43,576 nucleotides of DNA from Trypethelium eluteriae (taxonomy: Eukaryota), in assembly GCA_051942245.1 (NCBI GenBank), contig JAVECL010000147.1, positions 1 through 43,576 on the forward strand. The letters are read 5' to 3'. The notes below the pieces were generated by a model. That model made no database searches. It had not been told where the DNA came from and was given only the letters and a program-made list of their open reading frames with translations. Positions 1-10,913 of this stretch are shown here, piece by piece (the stretch's first letter is position 1; every line of letters begins with the position of its first letter). The position numbers were made by a program, and so were the translations under genes.

Positions 1-1683
1 CCCTCCTCTTCCTCATCCTCCTCCATCCCCTCCCCTTCATCCCCATCCTCATCCTCCACCCCTTCATCCTCCAGCGCCGACACGGCCCTCACGGCCTCTC
101 CATTCGCCCCACCACTCATCCTCACCTTCTTGCTCGGCGGCCTTCCCTCCCCCTCCCCACGCCCATCGCCACCCAAATCCATATCCACATCCGTAGCCAG
201 ACTCCGATCTCCCGCGCCCTCCAGGTCGTACCCCGAAGGGTCGAGCGTGTGGCTGAGCACCGAGGAGTCGAGGCCGTTAGCAGCAGCGGGAGTGGCGGTG
301 TCGGAGGCGCGCGCAGCGTCAGACGCGGTCATGGCGGCTTGGGTAGCGGCTTTGACGTCGGCCGCTGCTTTTTCTTCGCGTTTTTGGCGCCGGTAGGTGT
401 TGCGTTTGTTGCATTGCTCGGTGTTGTACTCTGGCTTGGGACTAAGCAGAGCCCAAAAGGGAGATAAAGGAACGGAGTGAGAGAAAAATCATGGAGAGGA
501 CAATGAAGGACAATAGATGATATGTGGAGGTGGGACGTGCGGGAAACGAAAAGGGGATAGAAGGCTGTGTGATATGAGTAGGAAGAAGGGAAGATGTTGG
601 AAGCGCGTACTCTCAAGCTCAATCTCTAGCCGCGGGATGAAATCCTCGAATTCGAGTTCTTTGATTGCTTCGAGGACGTCCTTCGGCCGTATCGTGCTTT
701 TGTCGGCGGCTTGGGCGGCGTCTTGTGCGCTGTGTGATTCCGTTAGATCGTGTAAAGGCACATGAAGCATTCGCAATACTTACTGCATGCCGATGTAATT
801 TATAAATACTGTCGCACTCTTACTCATCGCCAGAAGCGCATCCTTCTGGATTTGCGTGTTCGCTGGTAGCACACCTTTGGCTAGTCTTTGGCACATCGTG
901 CGAGGGAGTAGAAGATCCTTTAAGTTGCGTAGGTAAGCAATTTTGCCCTTTCAATCCGATTCGAGAATAATGCAGAGACATGAGATACCGACGGTAGAAT
1001 CGGAAAAGGGGTGAATGATTGGAGTGATTGATACATGTTTCAGGCTTACAAGACTTATGCCAAATGACAGAAAGAAAAGGGGATGCTGCGCGCTGGTAAT
1101 GAAGAGACGAGCTGTAAAACTGTCGGAATAGAAGATGGAGGGGCGATTACAGAATCTTTTCGAGGTCATTCGTCAGGGTCGATGAATGCTTGCAACTGAG
1201 ATGATTCGGGAACAGCAGTTCTAAGGACAGAGGCACGAGAGATAGAACCTGGATTCCAACAGAAGACTGGTTATTGATTGAATGTGCAAAGCAGACTCGG
1301 CGGTGTCAAAGAAATTGGCAAGTGAGGTAGCGATTTGAAGTTGGTGATGAGGGAGGCTTCCAAGCCACACCTCGAGAAAGAAATATGGTCTTATGATGCT
1401 TGCGCAGAATTCGCAGAACTCATTCTTCAAGGTGTCTGAAGGTCAAGTCGCGTGAAAGAAATGCTCCAGATCCGCTTCTGAGGGTAGCGCTGAGGATTGA
1501 TCAGACTCCAGATCGATCCAGGACTCGGAAGCAAATTCGGCCATGCCTGTAGTGTATGATGCTTGATATATAGATGTATATGAAAATCATGCAAGAGAAG
1601 GGAAATTGAAGATCTACCTCAACGCTCAACCCATCTTTCACAGTGGCTCCTTCTTCACTGTCGTGGCTCTTTCGAGCAGGCAT
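1..1683 (-). CDS. DPB4: DNA polymerase epsilon subunit D / histone-fold (CBFD/NF-YB-like) protein, 3' end runs off the window
   Basis: Hand-spliced exons 1683-1618, 917-784, 729-611 and 430->1 with GT-AG introns. They give MPARKS...DGLSVE-DLLLPRTMCQRLAKGVLPANTQIQKDALLAMSKSATVFINYI...TIRPKDVLEAIKELEFEDFIPRLEIELEKYNTEQCNKRNTYRR, a Dpb4-type histone fold followed by an acidic tail. Confidence 0.85.
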
Positions 1684-1824
1684 GATGGAGGGATCAGAAC
1701 TTGTATCTCAAGCCAGATGTAATTGGGATGGTTTCAACTAAGGCAAGAATCGTAGCTCATATCCTTAGCAGAGATGGAATTGGTCGGTGGTTTGATGTTG
1801 CTTGTCTTCGCAGGTACCGAAAAG

Positions 1825-1930
1825 CGCGTGAGGCTAAGGGTTGCATGGTGGGGAGGATCTTACTGGCGGCCGGGGATGGGGTGGTCTAAAAGGACGCGCC
1901 TCCGGCCGGAGACACGAACAAGGCACGCGT
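1825..1930. promoter_or_regulatory. Cluster of MCB-like (ACGCG/ACGCGT) cell-cycle boxes upstream of DPB4
   Basis: ACGCGT at 1925-1930, ACGCG at 1894-1898 and CGCGT at 1825-1829, all within 250 bp upstream of a DNA replication gene. Function is inferred from fungal MBF biology. Confidence 0.45.
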
Positions 1931-2130
1931 TAAGTGCCCGTCCACCTCACTCACCACGCAGAAAGCTGTTGTCAAATATCGTCTCATGATAGGCACACTT
2001 GGAAAAAGTTTCCATTATTTTACAAGCTTCAAATACTCGACTTTGCCAATGACTCCATGACCACCGAACGCCTCGCTATAGGATATGTCTGTAAAATAGC
2101 ATACCTTCAGCAGTGTGCGCCCAGCTAATT

Positions 2131-2907
2131 CTATCTGCGAGGTGCGGATGGCGCCAACCCAGGCACGTTGCTGTACCTCTCATCTCGCTCCGTCTTGAAC
2201 ATGATGTTGATCCAGAATTCCTTGGCATCCTTGTCGAACCACGTCCAAAACCTCTCAGCACTCTTATCCACTTCTCGAGCCTGAAGTTTGAAGCCGCATG
2301 TTTCATACGGTTCTGCGGCTACCAGTAGATATTGGTAATTCTTATCTGGAGGATCGTCGATCTTTTGCTCGAAGGCACTCATGAACCGTATCCTGGGAAT
2401 AACACCTTCCGTAATTTCGGGATAGAGAAGTTGGAACAAAAGTCCATGCTGCCTCGTTAACGGATCTCTAGTCTTTGTAATCTTGTAGCCTGGCCTCCCA
2501 ATTTTTACCATGTTCTTCTTGATTGCGATTTGTCCAACACCACCAACTCCAAATCCTTCCCGATCCTTACCCTCCTTTTGCTCCCTTGCTGCTCTCCGCG
2601 CAAGATTTGTTTGGTGCTTGCGCCCTTGTGTATGTGCAAGGTAAGAACCATCGTTTTGATGCACCGTAAGGCATAAGCGACATTCAAAGCTTCCCACGTG
2701 ATTTTTGAAGAAGTAAGGATCTTTGTCGAGATCTATAGTTTCGAGCGCAAGTTTGCGGAGGCGTTCCCGACGATCGGCATTGGTTGCGGATTGAGAGGCG
2801 ACACCTCCGCCGCCGAACTTGGAGCCGGCACGATTCTAGAGTCAAATGAGTCAGGCTGGAAGTATCTCAATGACCTAGGGGGCGATGTAACTCACCTGAT
2901 AGTCCAT
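2131..2907 (-). CDS. SF3A2: Splicing factor 3A subunit 2 (Prp11/Sap62), U1-type zinc finger
   Basis: Exon 1 2907-2896 (MDYQ), GTGAGT...TAG intron, exon 2 2835-2131: NRAGSKFGGGGVAS...RRERLRKLALETIDLDKDPYFFKNHVGSFECRLCLTVHQNDGSYLAHTQGRKHQTNL...KIGRPGYKITK...AAEPYETCGFK. Confidence 0.95.
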
Positions 2908-3233
2908 GGTTGGAGCAAGCCTGAAGCTTGAAAGAGGTACTCCGGCGTTTATCTGTCACTCCACGTCCCAAGACTCTCTTTCAATGACCTCGCAAAATTA
3001 CTCAGTCGCTCAAATACTTTCGTACCTACGATGCACTTCTCCGTCGCTTGAATGAGAGAGCTCTGCAGCCACAAACGTTGAAGCGTGCTGCAGGGTATTC
3101 GATACTGAACAACGGAAAACTTTCGCCGCGGATGTTTTGCGGACTTTTTGCCGATGTTGAGCCGCTAGGGCTACTCTATACTTTTGGACTCAAATCCGAG
3201 GCTGCCATACTCGCTGCTTAGAAGACCACCTTT

Positions 3234-5270
3234 ATGGAGCAAAATGCCCACATTGGCAAGCGACAATCATATGGCGGCAATATTTGTACTATACGCTACG
3301 TTGGCGAAGTAAAAGGCACGCAGGGGTCATGGCTTGGCGTGGAATGGGATGAGCCAAGCCGAGGAAAGCATCCAGGGGAGCATGGCGGCTTGAGATATTT
3401 CGATTGTGAGCATATTCTAAGCTGGCTGCACCTCATGCAAGTGTGCCTGATAAGATGAGTTAAGAAGGCCGTAGCAAATGTCCTACAGCTGGTTCTTTTG
3501 TCCGCCCAAATCGTCCACCGGACAGCCGGCGTAGCTTCCTTGAAGCATTGAATGCCAAATATGCTTCTGATGGAATCAACGCACTCAATCCTCCAAATGA
3601 AGTGCCTGGAAATGGAGCTGGACACCAAGTTTTGCTTCGGCAAGGGCCTGTCCATATTAGCGGTAAAGTTGCAGAAGAAATAGGCTTCGACAAGGTCAGA
3701 CGACAATTAGCGAATTTGAACGAGCTTCGCATTGTAATACTGGACGGCATGAACATATCACAGCTTTCTCAAGAAATGCGAGCGAGTAATGCTTTGGGCA
3801 ACGAAGGGTCTATCCTGGTTGAAAGAATCACGCAAACAAGTCCAAAGATCTCCGAGCTAGACCTTAGCAGAAATCTCTTCGAAGACTGGGCGGAAATTTC
3901 TTACATTTGTAGTCAACTCAATCATTTGAGATCCTTGAGACTAGAGTAGGTGCAAGTTTCTTCAACCACATCTTGATTCTCCCTGAAGGATTCAAATCAC
4001 TCCTGGGCGACGCAGCTAATTTCCTTTCCTCAGCGGCAACCGCTTTCGAGATGTCTTATCGGGTTTCTCGAGCTATCCACACGAAGACCATCTGGAGAAG
4101 GTAGTGGAATTAAGCTTGAGCAATACGCTTTTCATATGGCAAGAAATCGCACATCTCACAAGCCACTTCTTTGGCAAGCTCACGGCATTGATTGCATCCG
4201 GCAATGAAATATCACACGTGTCCGAGCACCGACTTCCGCATACACTGCGGACTCTCGATCTGGAAGATAATGACTTTACAGCACTCAGTGACATTCAGCC
4301 ACTGGCAGATTTGCCAAATATCCAACGGCTGAGCTTACGAAACAATAAGTTTCGTCGTATCGTAGGTAGCCAAAGCGCCTCTGCAGACATGTCAGACGCT
4401 GTGTCACCTCGGACCTTTAATGTTCATTTCTCTGAAAATCTCTCCGAAATCGATTTTTCATACAATGAAATCTCAGACTGGTCTTTTGTATCCGATCTCC
4501 ACAGCGTCTTCCCCGGCATGACATCTCTGCGCATTGCTCACAACCCCCTTTTCGAGGACTCTCGCACGCCAGATGGCAAACTAATGACCGCAGACGACGG
4601 CTATGCAGTTACTGCCGCTCGATTGCCTCGATTGAAGAGCCTGAACTTCAGTCAAGTCACAGCGAAGTACAGGTTGAACGCCGAGACTTATTACTTATCG
4701 CTGATTGCTGCGGAAATAGCTACAGTACCCAAGGGCCAGGAGCATGCCGTCACAAGAAGGCATCGGCGCTATGATGAGCTCTGCAAGGAGTACGGTGATC
4801 CGATTGTGTCACGTCCGGAGTCTACCTTCGATCCCAACTCGTTGGCTGCAAGGCTGATCAGACTACATTTCCATGTTGCAGAGCAGGCAAAAGCGCAGTT
4901 GAAAGAAGACTCCGAGGCAGATTTCGTGCTGGAGTTTCCAAAGAGCTTGCAAGTCTACAGTGTCCTGGGTTATGTGGGAAAAAGGCTTAGAGTCACACCA
5001 ATGAAGATTAAGTTGATCTGGGAGACGGATGAATGGGATCCCATCAAGAAAGGAGGCGACAGCGATAGTGATGACGACAACAACGACGAGGACGACGAAG
5101 ACGATGATGATGAAGCTACGACTAAACAGGATCGGAACAAGAGAATGATGAGAAGAGATGTTGTCGTCGTGGCTGGGACGAGAGCCATTGGTACATGGAT
5201 AGAAAGTAGTGAGGCTATAGTACGGGTTGAGCTGATGGATTCCATTTGGCATTCGAGCTCCGAGGTCTAG
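3234..5270 (+). CDS. PAC2: Tubulin-specific chaperone E (CAP-Gly + LRR + ubiquitin-like)
   Basis: Exons 3234-3405, 3468-3945 and 4034-5270. N-terminal CAP-Gly (TIRYVGEVKGTQGSWLGVEWDEPSRGKH), LRRs (ISELDLSRNLF, LRTLDLEDNDF, LSEIDFSYNEI), AETYYLSLI motif, and a C-terminal UBL-like region with an acidic insert. Confidence 0.9.
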
Positions 5271-5541
5271 CTCTCCCAATAACCTTCAGCTCGAGATGCA
5301 GTCTTCCCCTAAAACTGGTGAGCATAATCGATGTTGCTCTGGCTCGATTCTGTCGTAAGTTTGTACATAGAAGAGATCCAATGTTGCCGCGCAACAAGAT
5401 GCCAGCGTGATGAGGGTGTGAATTTATTTCTTGCGCACCCGTCGGGCCCAGTATGCCCAGCGTCGCACCCATGCCATTTTCAGCCGTGGGACTCATCCCT
5501 CGATACGTTAGTCCCTCCAATTCAACTGCCGTCGAGTCCGG

Positions 5542-6039
5542 TTACGGCTTCTCGTTGAGCAGCTGCCTCTCCATCAACAGATCTCCAAACTTCGCGCCTA
5601 TCATCCTTTCCTTATCCACCACCTGATCGAGCATCTTCATCGCCTCCTCCTGCGCCTTCCGATTCTTCCATGCATAACCCGGCTCTTCCTCCTGCCGTAT
5701 CCATTGGTATCCCGTAGGCTCGTGAACTTTGATCTGGCCTGCTGCAACAGCTGTGGAGCCGCCGGCTCGTGGATTGGTGGTGGATCCGCTCGCCCCGACT
5801 CCGTTCGTGGATCCCGACCCGCCTGCCATGTCGAAAACGACTTGTGCTGCGGTATTCCCCGTAGAGGTCGTCGAGCCGGTGGCAAAATTGCGTGACTGAG
5901 AGTTTGGAGGCGAGAGCTCGGAGACTGGAGGTAGGTATGAGGATGATTGGCGTGGTGTGGATGGTGCTGGAGGGTCAAGGTTGGATTCCGGGAACATGTC
6001 GTCATCACCGTCAAGGTCGGGTTCGGGGGAGGATGCCAT
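5542..6039 (-). CDS. Hypothetical protein (165 aa): disordered N-terminus, globular-looking C-terminus
   Basis: Single ATG-initiated ORF, convergent with PAC2 and divergent from the SUZ gene. The C-terminus EPGYAWKNRKAQEEAMKMLDQVVDKERMIGAKFGDLL reads like real protein; no family recognised. Confidence 0.7.
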   Translation of the reverse strand: MASSPEPDLDGDDDMFPESNLDPPAPSTPRQSSSYLPPVSELSPPNSQSRNFATGSTTSTGNTAAQVVFDMAGGSGSTNGVGASGSTTNPRAGGSTAVAAGQIKVHEPTGYQWIRQEEEPGYAWKNRKAQEEAMKMLDQVVDKERMIGAKFGDLLMERQLLNEKP

Positions 6040-6512
6040 GTGGGAGTCACCGTCAGGATCGTGATCTGGGAGAAATTTAGCGTGGTGAATGACAGAACAG
6101 GAGTGTTGGATGTGGTGGTGAATGAATGGTGAGATACTCCATACCTGACATTGTGAAGTCTAATCTTTTAGATAGTTTGGGAAAATTTTTATTAGTCAGT
6201 GGAGAAATCAGAACAAGGACTGACTCCTAGAAATTGGGATTTGCTGCAGGCGTGTCGGCACTTCTGAAGCTCATCAAGCTGATTTCGGAGCTCTGTGACC
6301 GTAGGGCTGAAAGGACTTGCCCCACACATCGCGCGGTCGTTCCCGCATTTTTTAAACGCCACGCCAAAGTAACCCTGCATGTCTTCCTTCTAGACTCCTG
6401 CTCTGCAATACTTGTAATATTCGTTAACGGCCGATATACCTCTCACAAAGCTTCGAAGGGTATTGGGAACTCAATCATCCAGAGCTAAATTCAATTCGCG
6501 ATTCATAGGCGC

Positions 6513-7399
6513 ATGGCTAGCAAAAATGTCGTTCCTGATGCATGGGACGACGACTGGGAGACGATCGCAGACGTGGGTTAAAGTCATAGACCGTATGATA
6601 CAGTGGTCTGACAGTTTTTCTATAGAAACAGGACAAGAAATCCACAGTTCCTACTGATGGGACAAGAACAACCAGAGCAGAACGCAGAGAGCAGCACGCG
6701 AAAGAAAATAGACAGCTATGGGATATGGCCGAATCTTCACAGGATTTCCACTTCCTACATTCAAAAGGCCAGCCTCCCTTGAAGGCAGATTTTAAACCGG
6801 CCGTGAAGGTGCTAAGCAGGAAGCCGCAACCCAAAATTCTACATAAGAATGACTCAACTGCCGGACTTGCAAGCCTGACTCTAGATGATGAAGATGATAG
6901 CGAGGAGGAGGCACGCAGGCAGCAAGAAATGACCTTGGTGGAAAGACAGGCAAAGACTCAGAAAGAGCGAGAGGAGAAACAGCGCAAATATGCAGAGGTG
7001 CGAGAGAAGATATTTGGTACTCCAGATGCTGGTTCGGACACCGCTGGAGGTCAGTCTCCATCACCAAGAGGAGGCGCAAATCTTGTAGGTCAGACCAACA
7101 GGAATTCGAGCCGGAGAGGACGAGGTAGGACCGGTAGAGATCGTGACGATAGTCAAAATACTTCTGCAGACCAATCGCCCGCGAGACCAACAAGCCAGAG
7201 CAAACAATTATTCGATCCTACATACTCTCCCAAACCGACATCAGTCTATGTACAAAAACGCGAAGCCATAGGAGTCGAAATTGCGTCACGACCAGGTACT
7301 CCAGCAGAAGGGCAGCCTACACGAGCTCCGCGAGGACCTGATGGAAGTGGACGTGGTGGCTTTGGATTTGCTAACAGAGGCAGCAGAAACCAACCTTAG
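6513..7399 (+). CDS. SUZ-domain RNA-binding-like protein (SZRD1-like)
   Basis: Exon 1 6513-6572 (MASKNVVPDAWDDDWETIAD), intron 6573-6625, exon 2 6626-7399. Contains the SUZ-like KVLSRKP...EREEKQRKYAEVREKIFG and the C-terminal SUZ-C-like RAPRGPDGSGRGGFG. Confidence 0.8.
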
Positions 7400-7839
7400 A
7401 AGCCCATCACGTATTTTGAAGCTGGCACGTTCTCGAAAATGTCTACCCTTGAGTCGATTTGCGTTCTCGGCCATCCTCACATTCCTGCACCCTCCTGGAG
7501 AACGGCTTCGCGACGTCATTGACCGATGAGGTATGATGGAATGCAAGGACGAAAAAGCCATGGCATCCCTCGCTTACTCGGCCAATTAGGACTTCAGGAC
7601 TCTTCTGCAATGCCCTTTTCGAGATGGCGACATACTCAGCATTTCTTCATTTCCCTAAACACGGAAAAATGTAGCAATCGAGGCCCGCAACGCAGGATAC
7701 GCGTACGAAGACGGACTTTCTTTATAAGACGACGCTTTCCTGGCCTAGAAGGAGTGAATATCGACACCTTAGTCGAGGTCTCGAGAAGAGAATACCTGAA
7801 AGAACTTCCTGATTATTTGCCTTCTTTGCCGATTTGAAA

Positions 7840-10049
7840 ATGTCACTCAAATTAGCCCTTATCCTTGGAGCCTCGATCTTCCGCAACGGAGCTTCAGCAC
7901 GAGCACTGCCCCAGGTTCAGCCAATTGTCATTAGCAACGGCGTGGGTGCAAATGCAGCTGCCGGAGCAGCGGCTACTGTTGCTGGAGGCGTTGGAGGTCC
8001 AGCATTACCAACCGTTCCTTCACCTACAAACGGTGCTCAAGTGGGGGTACCTGTCCCTGTCGTCAGCTTCAGCACGAGTACAGCATCCGTCGAAGGGGAT
8101 CCTTCACCTACAATCAAGCCGCCATCATTCTCTTCAGCAAGTATTCCAGCTATTTCGGCTCCTATATCCCCATCCATTCCCACTGCACCTCCGCTTCTAC
8201 CTCCAGTACCACTCTCTCCAGGCCCTTTGAGTCCGATCATTGACGGAACCTTGAACGCCCCGATAATTCAAAATACGGATCTCGGAGCTCTTACCACTTT
8301 GCTTTCTATCAATGCGCCGGTGATCGGTGGCGTATATGGAATTTCCGCTCTACCATCACTTCCAACTGGTACTGGCCTGCCTACTGGTGATCTACCCGTC
8401 GCCACGGGCATAGGCGGGCTTACGGGTGCGGCCTCGAGCATTCCTGTGGCTTCGGGTATCATATCAACTCTTAGCAATTCGCTTTTCGGACTGATTGAAG
8501 CTATTCTACCAAATCAAGCCGGAAATGTTATTTCAGGCGCTACTTCAGCCGCTAGCATCCCGGCTATCTCAGCTCTCCCTACCCCAGCTCTCCCGGGGCT
8601 CCCCAATATTCCAGCGCCCTTAGCTCCTCCTGTGCAGCTTGCGGGAGGCTCTAACGTACCGACCGTCCCATTACCAGCTTCCAGTCTTCTTTCAGTAACC
8701 AATGCCAGCGCACTGACTGCGCATTTCTCTACGCTCAGTCCGCGATCACCGCAACTAGGTGCTATTACCGGGCCACTGGTCACGAGCGTCAAGGCTCCTG
8801 CGGCGTTGCCAACTGGGGCAGTTTCACTTCCAGGTTTGGCTGGGCCTTTGCCCACTGCTGCTCTCCCTGGAGTAGCGACTGCGTTGCCTTCTTTACCAGC
8901 AGCCGCGCCCTCTCTACCAGCTGGAGTCCCCCCCGTCCCTTTAGGGGCGCTCTCTTTACCAGCTGCAGTACCCTCAATTCCGGCAGTAGCACATTCTTTA
9001 CCGGCTGGCGTGCCTTCAGTCCCATCGGGCTTACCCTCTCTTCCGGCTGGCGAGCCAGCACTCTCTGCTGGTGTGCCATCCTTACCGGCGGGCATACCCC
9101 CTTTACCAACTGGTGTGCCATCCTTACCGGCGGGCGTGCCCCCTCTACCGACTGGTGTACCCCCTCTGCCAACTGGTGTACCCCCTCTACCAACTGGTGT
9201 GCCATCACTGCCTATTGGAGTGCTCTCTGTGCCATCTGGTGTGCCCTCTCTCCCATCCGGCGTGGCACCACCCCTACCGACTGGGGTACTCACAGGCATA
9301 CCCGTTCCGTCTGGTGCATTACCAAGTGTTCCTACTAATGTCGCGGGTTCTCTCCCTTCTCTCAACATTTCCACACCTGTACCAGTTCTCCCGACTCTCA
9401 GTCTCCCGGTCACAGCCTTAGGTACCGGCGTGTCCATTCCAGTTGTTGGAACTCTTGTACCTCCAAATCTTCCAATTTCTGCCCCTGTTCCAGCAGGGCC
9501 TCTTCCAACGGGCTCACTAATCCCAGAAGGCTATGGAGGGTAAGTCCCTCTAACTTTGAGTTGCTTTGCTCCATACCCGCTGACTTAGACCAAAGCGGAC
9601 TACCCTTGCCCCCTCAGCTCGCCAGCGTCGATACTGCCATCGGCGCCGCCACGGAGAAGCTTGGCGAAAACGAGCCACTATCAGACCAAACGGATACTCT
9701 CCTTGGATTACTCTCTGTACTCGGTACTGAGAACCCCGCTACCTATGGTAGCCTGGCTTCCCTAAGTGTAAGTGCTACACAAGTCTTACCCTCTGCTTGA
9801 CGCCCACTCAGCTATCCATCCACTTATACTTTATAGGACCTTGGTGCTTTAGAAGGTGCGGCATCCTCACTCAATCCTGCCGACCTCAATGCCGTAAACG
9901 AATTGTTCAGGACGCTGCAAATCTCCCCCACGCAATTCCTCTTCAACGCTGTGGATTTTGTCAAAACGATTGAGGAATTGGCGAGCCTAGTGAACGATTT
10001 GGCAGGGAGCGTATCGTATTTGGTCTTGGGTGCACTGGCATTGAGTTAG
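7840..10049 (+). CDS. Secreted Pro/Ser/Thr/Gly-rich protein with heptad repeats, probably cell-surface
   Basis: Signal-peptide-like MSLKLALILGASIFRNGASARALP. Exons 7840-9539, 9596-9767 and 9837-10049 (GTAAGT donors; last acceptor chosen by eye). Helical-looking C-terminal domain ending in hydrophobic SYLVLGALALS. Confidence 0.75.
8985..9290 (+). repeat. Degenerate 21-bp coding tandem repeat encoding GVP(S/P)LP(A/T)
   Basis: Units such as ggtgtacccccTctgccaact and ggtgtgccatccttaccggcg recur head-to-tail roughly a dozen times, with more diverged units on either side. Confidence 0.85.
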
Positions 10050-10913
10050 GGTTTTGCCTATAATGAAGGTGGTACTTGAATATTGTTATTCTTGAGTAAT
10101 GGCATTGTGGATTTCTGCGAAAAGCTTTTCGGGGGACTTCTCGATTGGACTATTTAGTAGGCTTAATCTGTAGTTTCATGATTGATGGACTTGAAAATTA
10201 AATTGTGCTATCGCTTTTACAGTAGTTCTACGTGCTTGTTGACTTTGTCAACCTCATGAATACATATCATACTAGTCATACTTTCCGTTCTGACTGGATA
10301 ACTTATGATGAACAACAGCCTGAATTAGTGTTTCTACTTGATTTGACGTGATAGGGGAGACTCGCCCTTGAGACTCGTGCCAAATCGGTTGAACTCCTGG
10401 CAGCAGCAGCAGTGTCAGATGTCACACACTGCCCGACTTGTATGGACACTCCCAACTTAGGTACTCTCATGCAAAGTTCTACAAAATCTAAAATACTACA
10501 ACAAGCAACGTCATCGATGCGTATACAGGAAAGAAAGCGATGAGGAATTAAGAGGCTCGTTGATTATGGGGCTAGTAACCATGAGGCAGTTTATTTCACG
10601 GCCGATTTCGAGGTTTGCTTTGTCCTATTTGACGAAGGCAGGGCGGCATCGCAGGGCACGCAGGCATGGTGCGCGGTTACCGCCACTTCCGCCACACCCC
10701 CACATAGGTTTGATTTCAACCAAGATCCACCGCTCGACAAGAAGCTCAAGCCTCACATATCTCCATGACCGGACTTCAGGGTAACTTAAAAGACATCCAA
10801 GGACAGTGCCGAGAGATTTACATTATTCCGATCTTCGTAACACATTGAAAATAAAGCGTCAGTCCCTGCCATGCAGCACTATAAGTTACACTGTCAATCT
10901 ATACCTTCAAGGT

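Noticed and set aside
1040..1170. Possible snR45/U13-like snoRNA in the DPB4 intron
   Set aside because: Only partial resemblance (ATGACCT start, CTGA end) and no convincing 18S-complementary guides by eye; left as an unassigned long intron.
5058..5115. GAC/GAT trinucleotide-rich tract
   Set aside because: Simply encodes an acidic loop in PAC2; ordinary low-complexity coding sequence.
8985..9290. Regularly spaced repeats as a CRISPR-like array
   Set aside because: Head-to-tail in-frame coding repeats with synonymous variation, no unique spacers, eukaryotic context.
8514..9437. 307-aa minus-strand ORF with GGTPVGR repeats
   Set aside because: Antisense shadow of the Pro-rich repeat gene; the plus strand has the signal peptide and spliced continuation.
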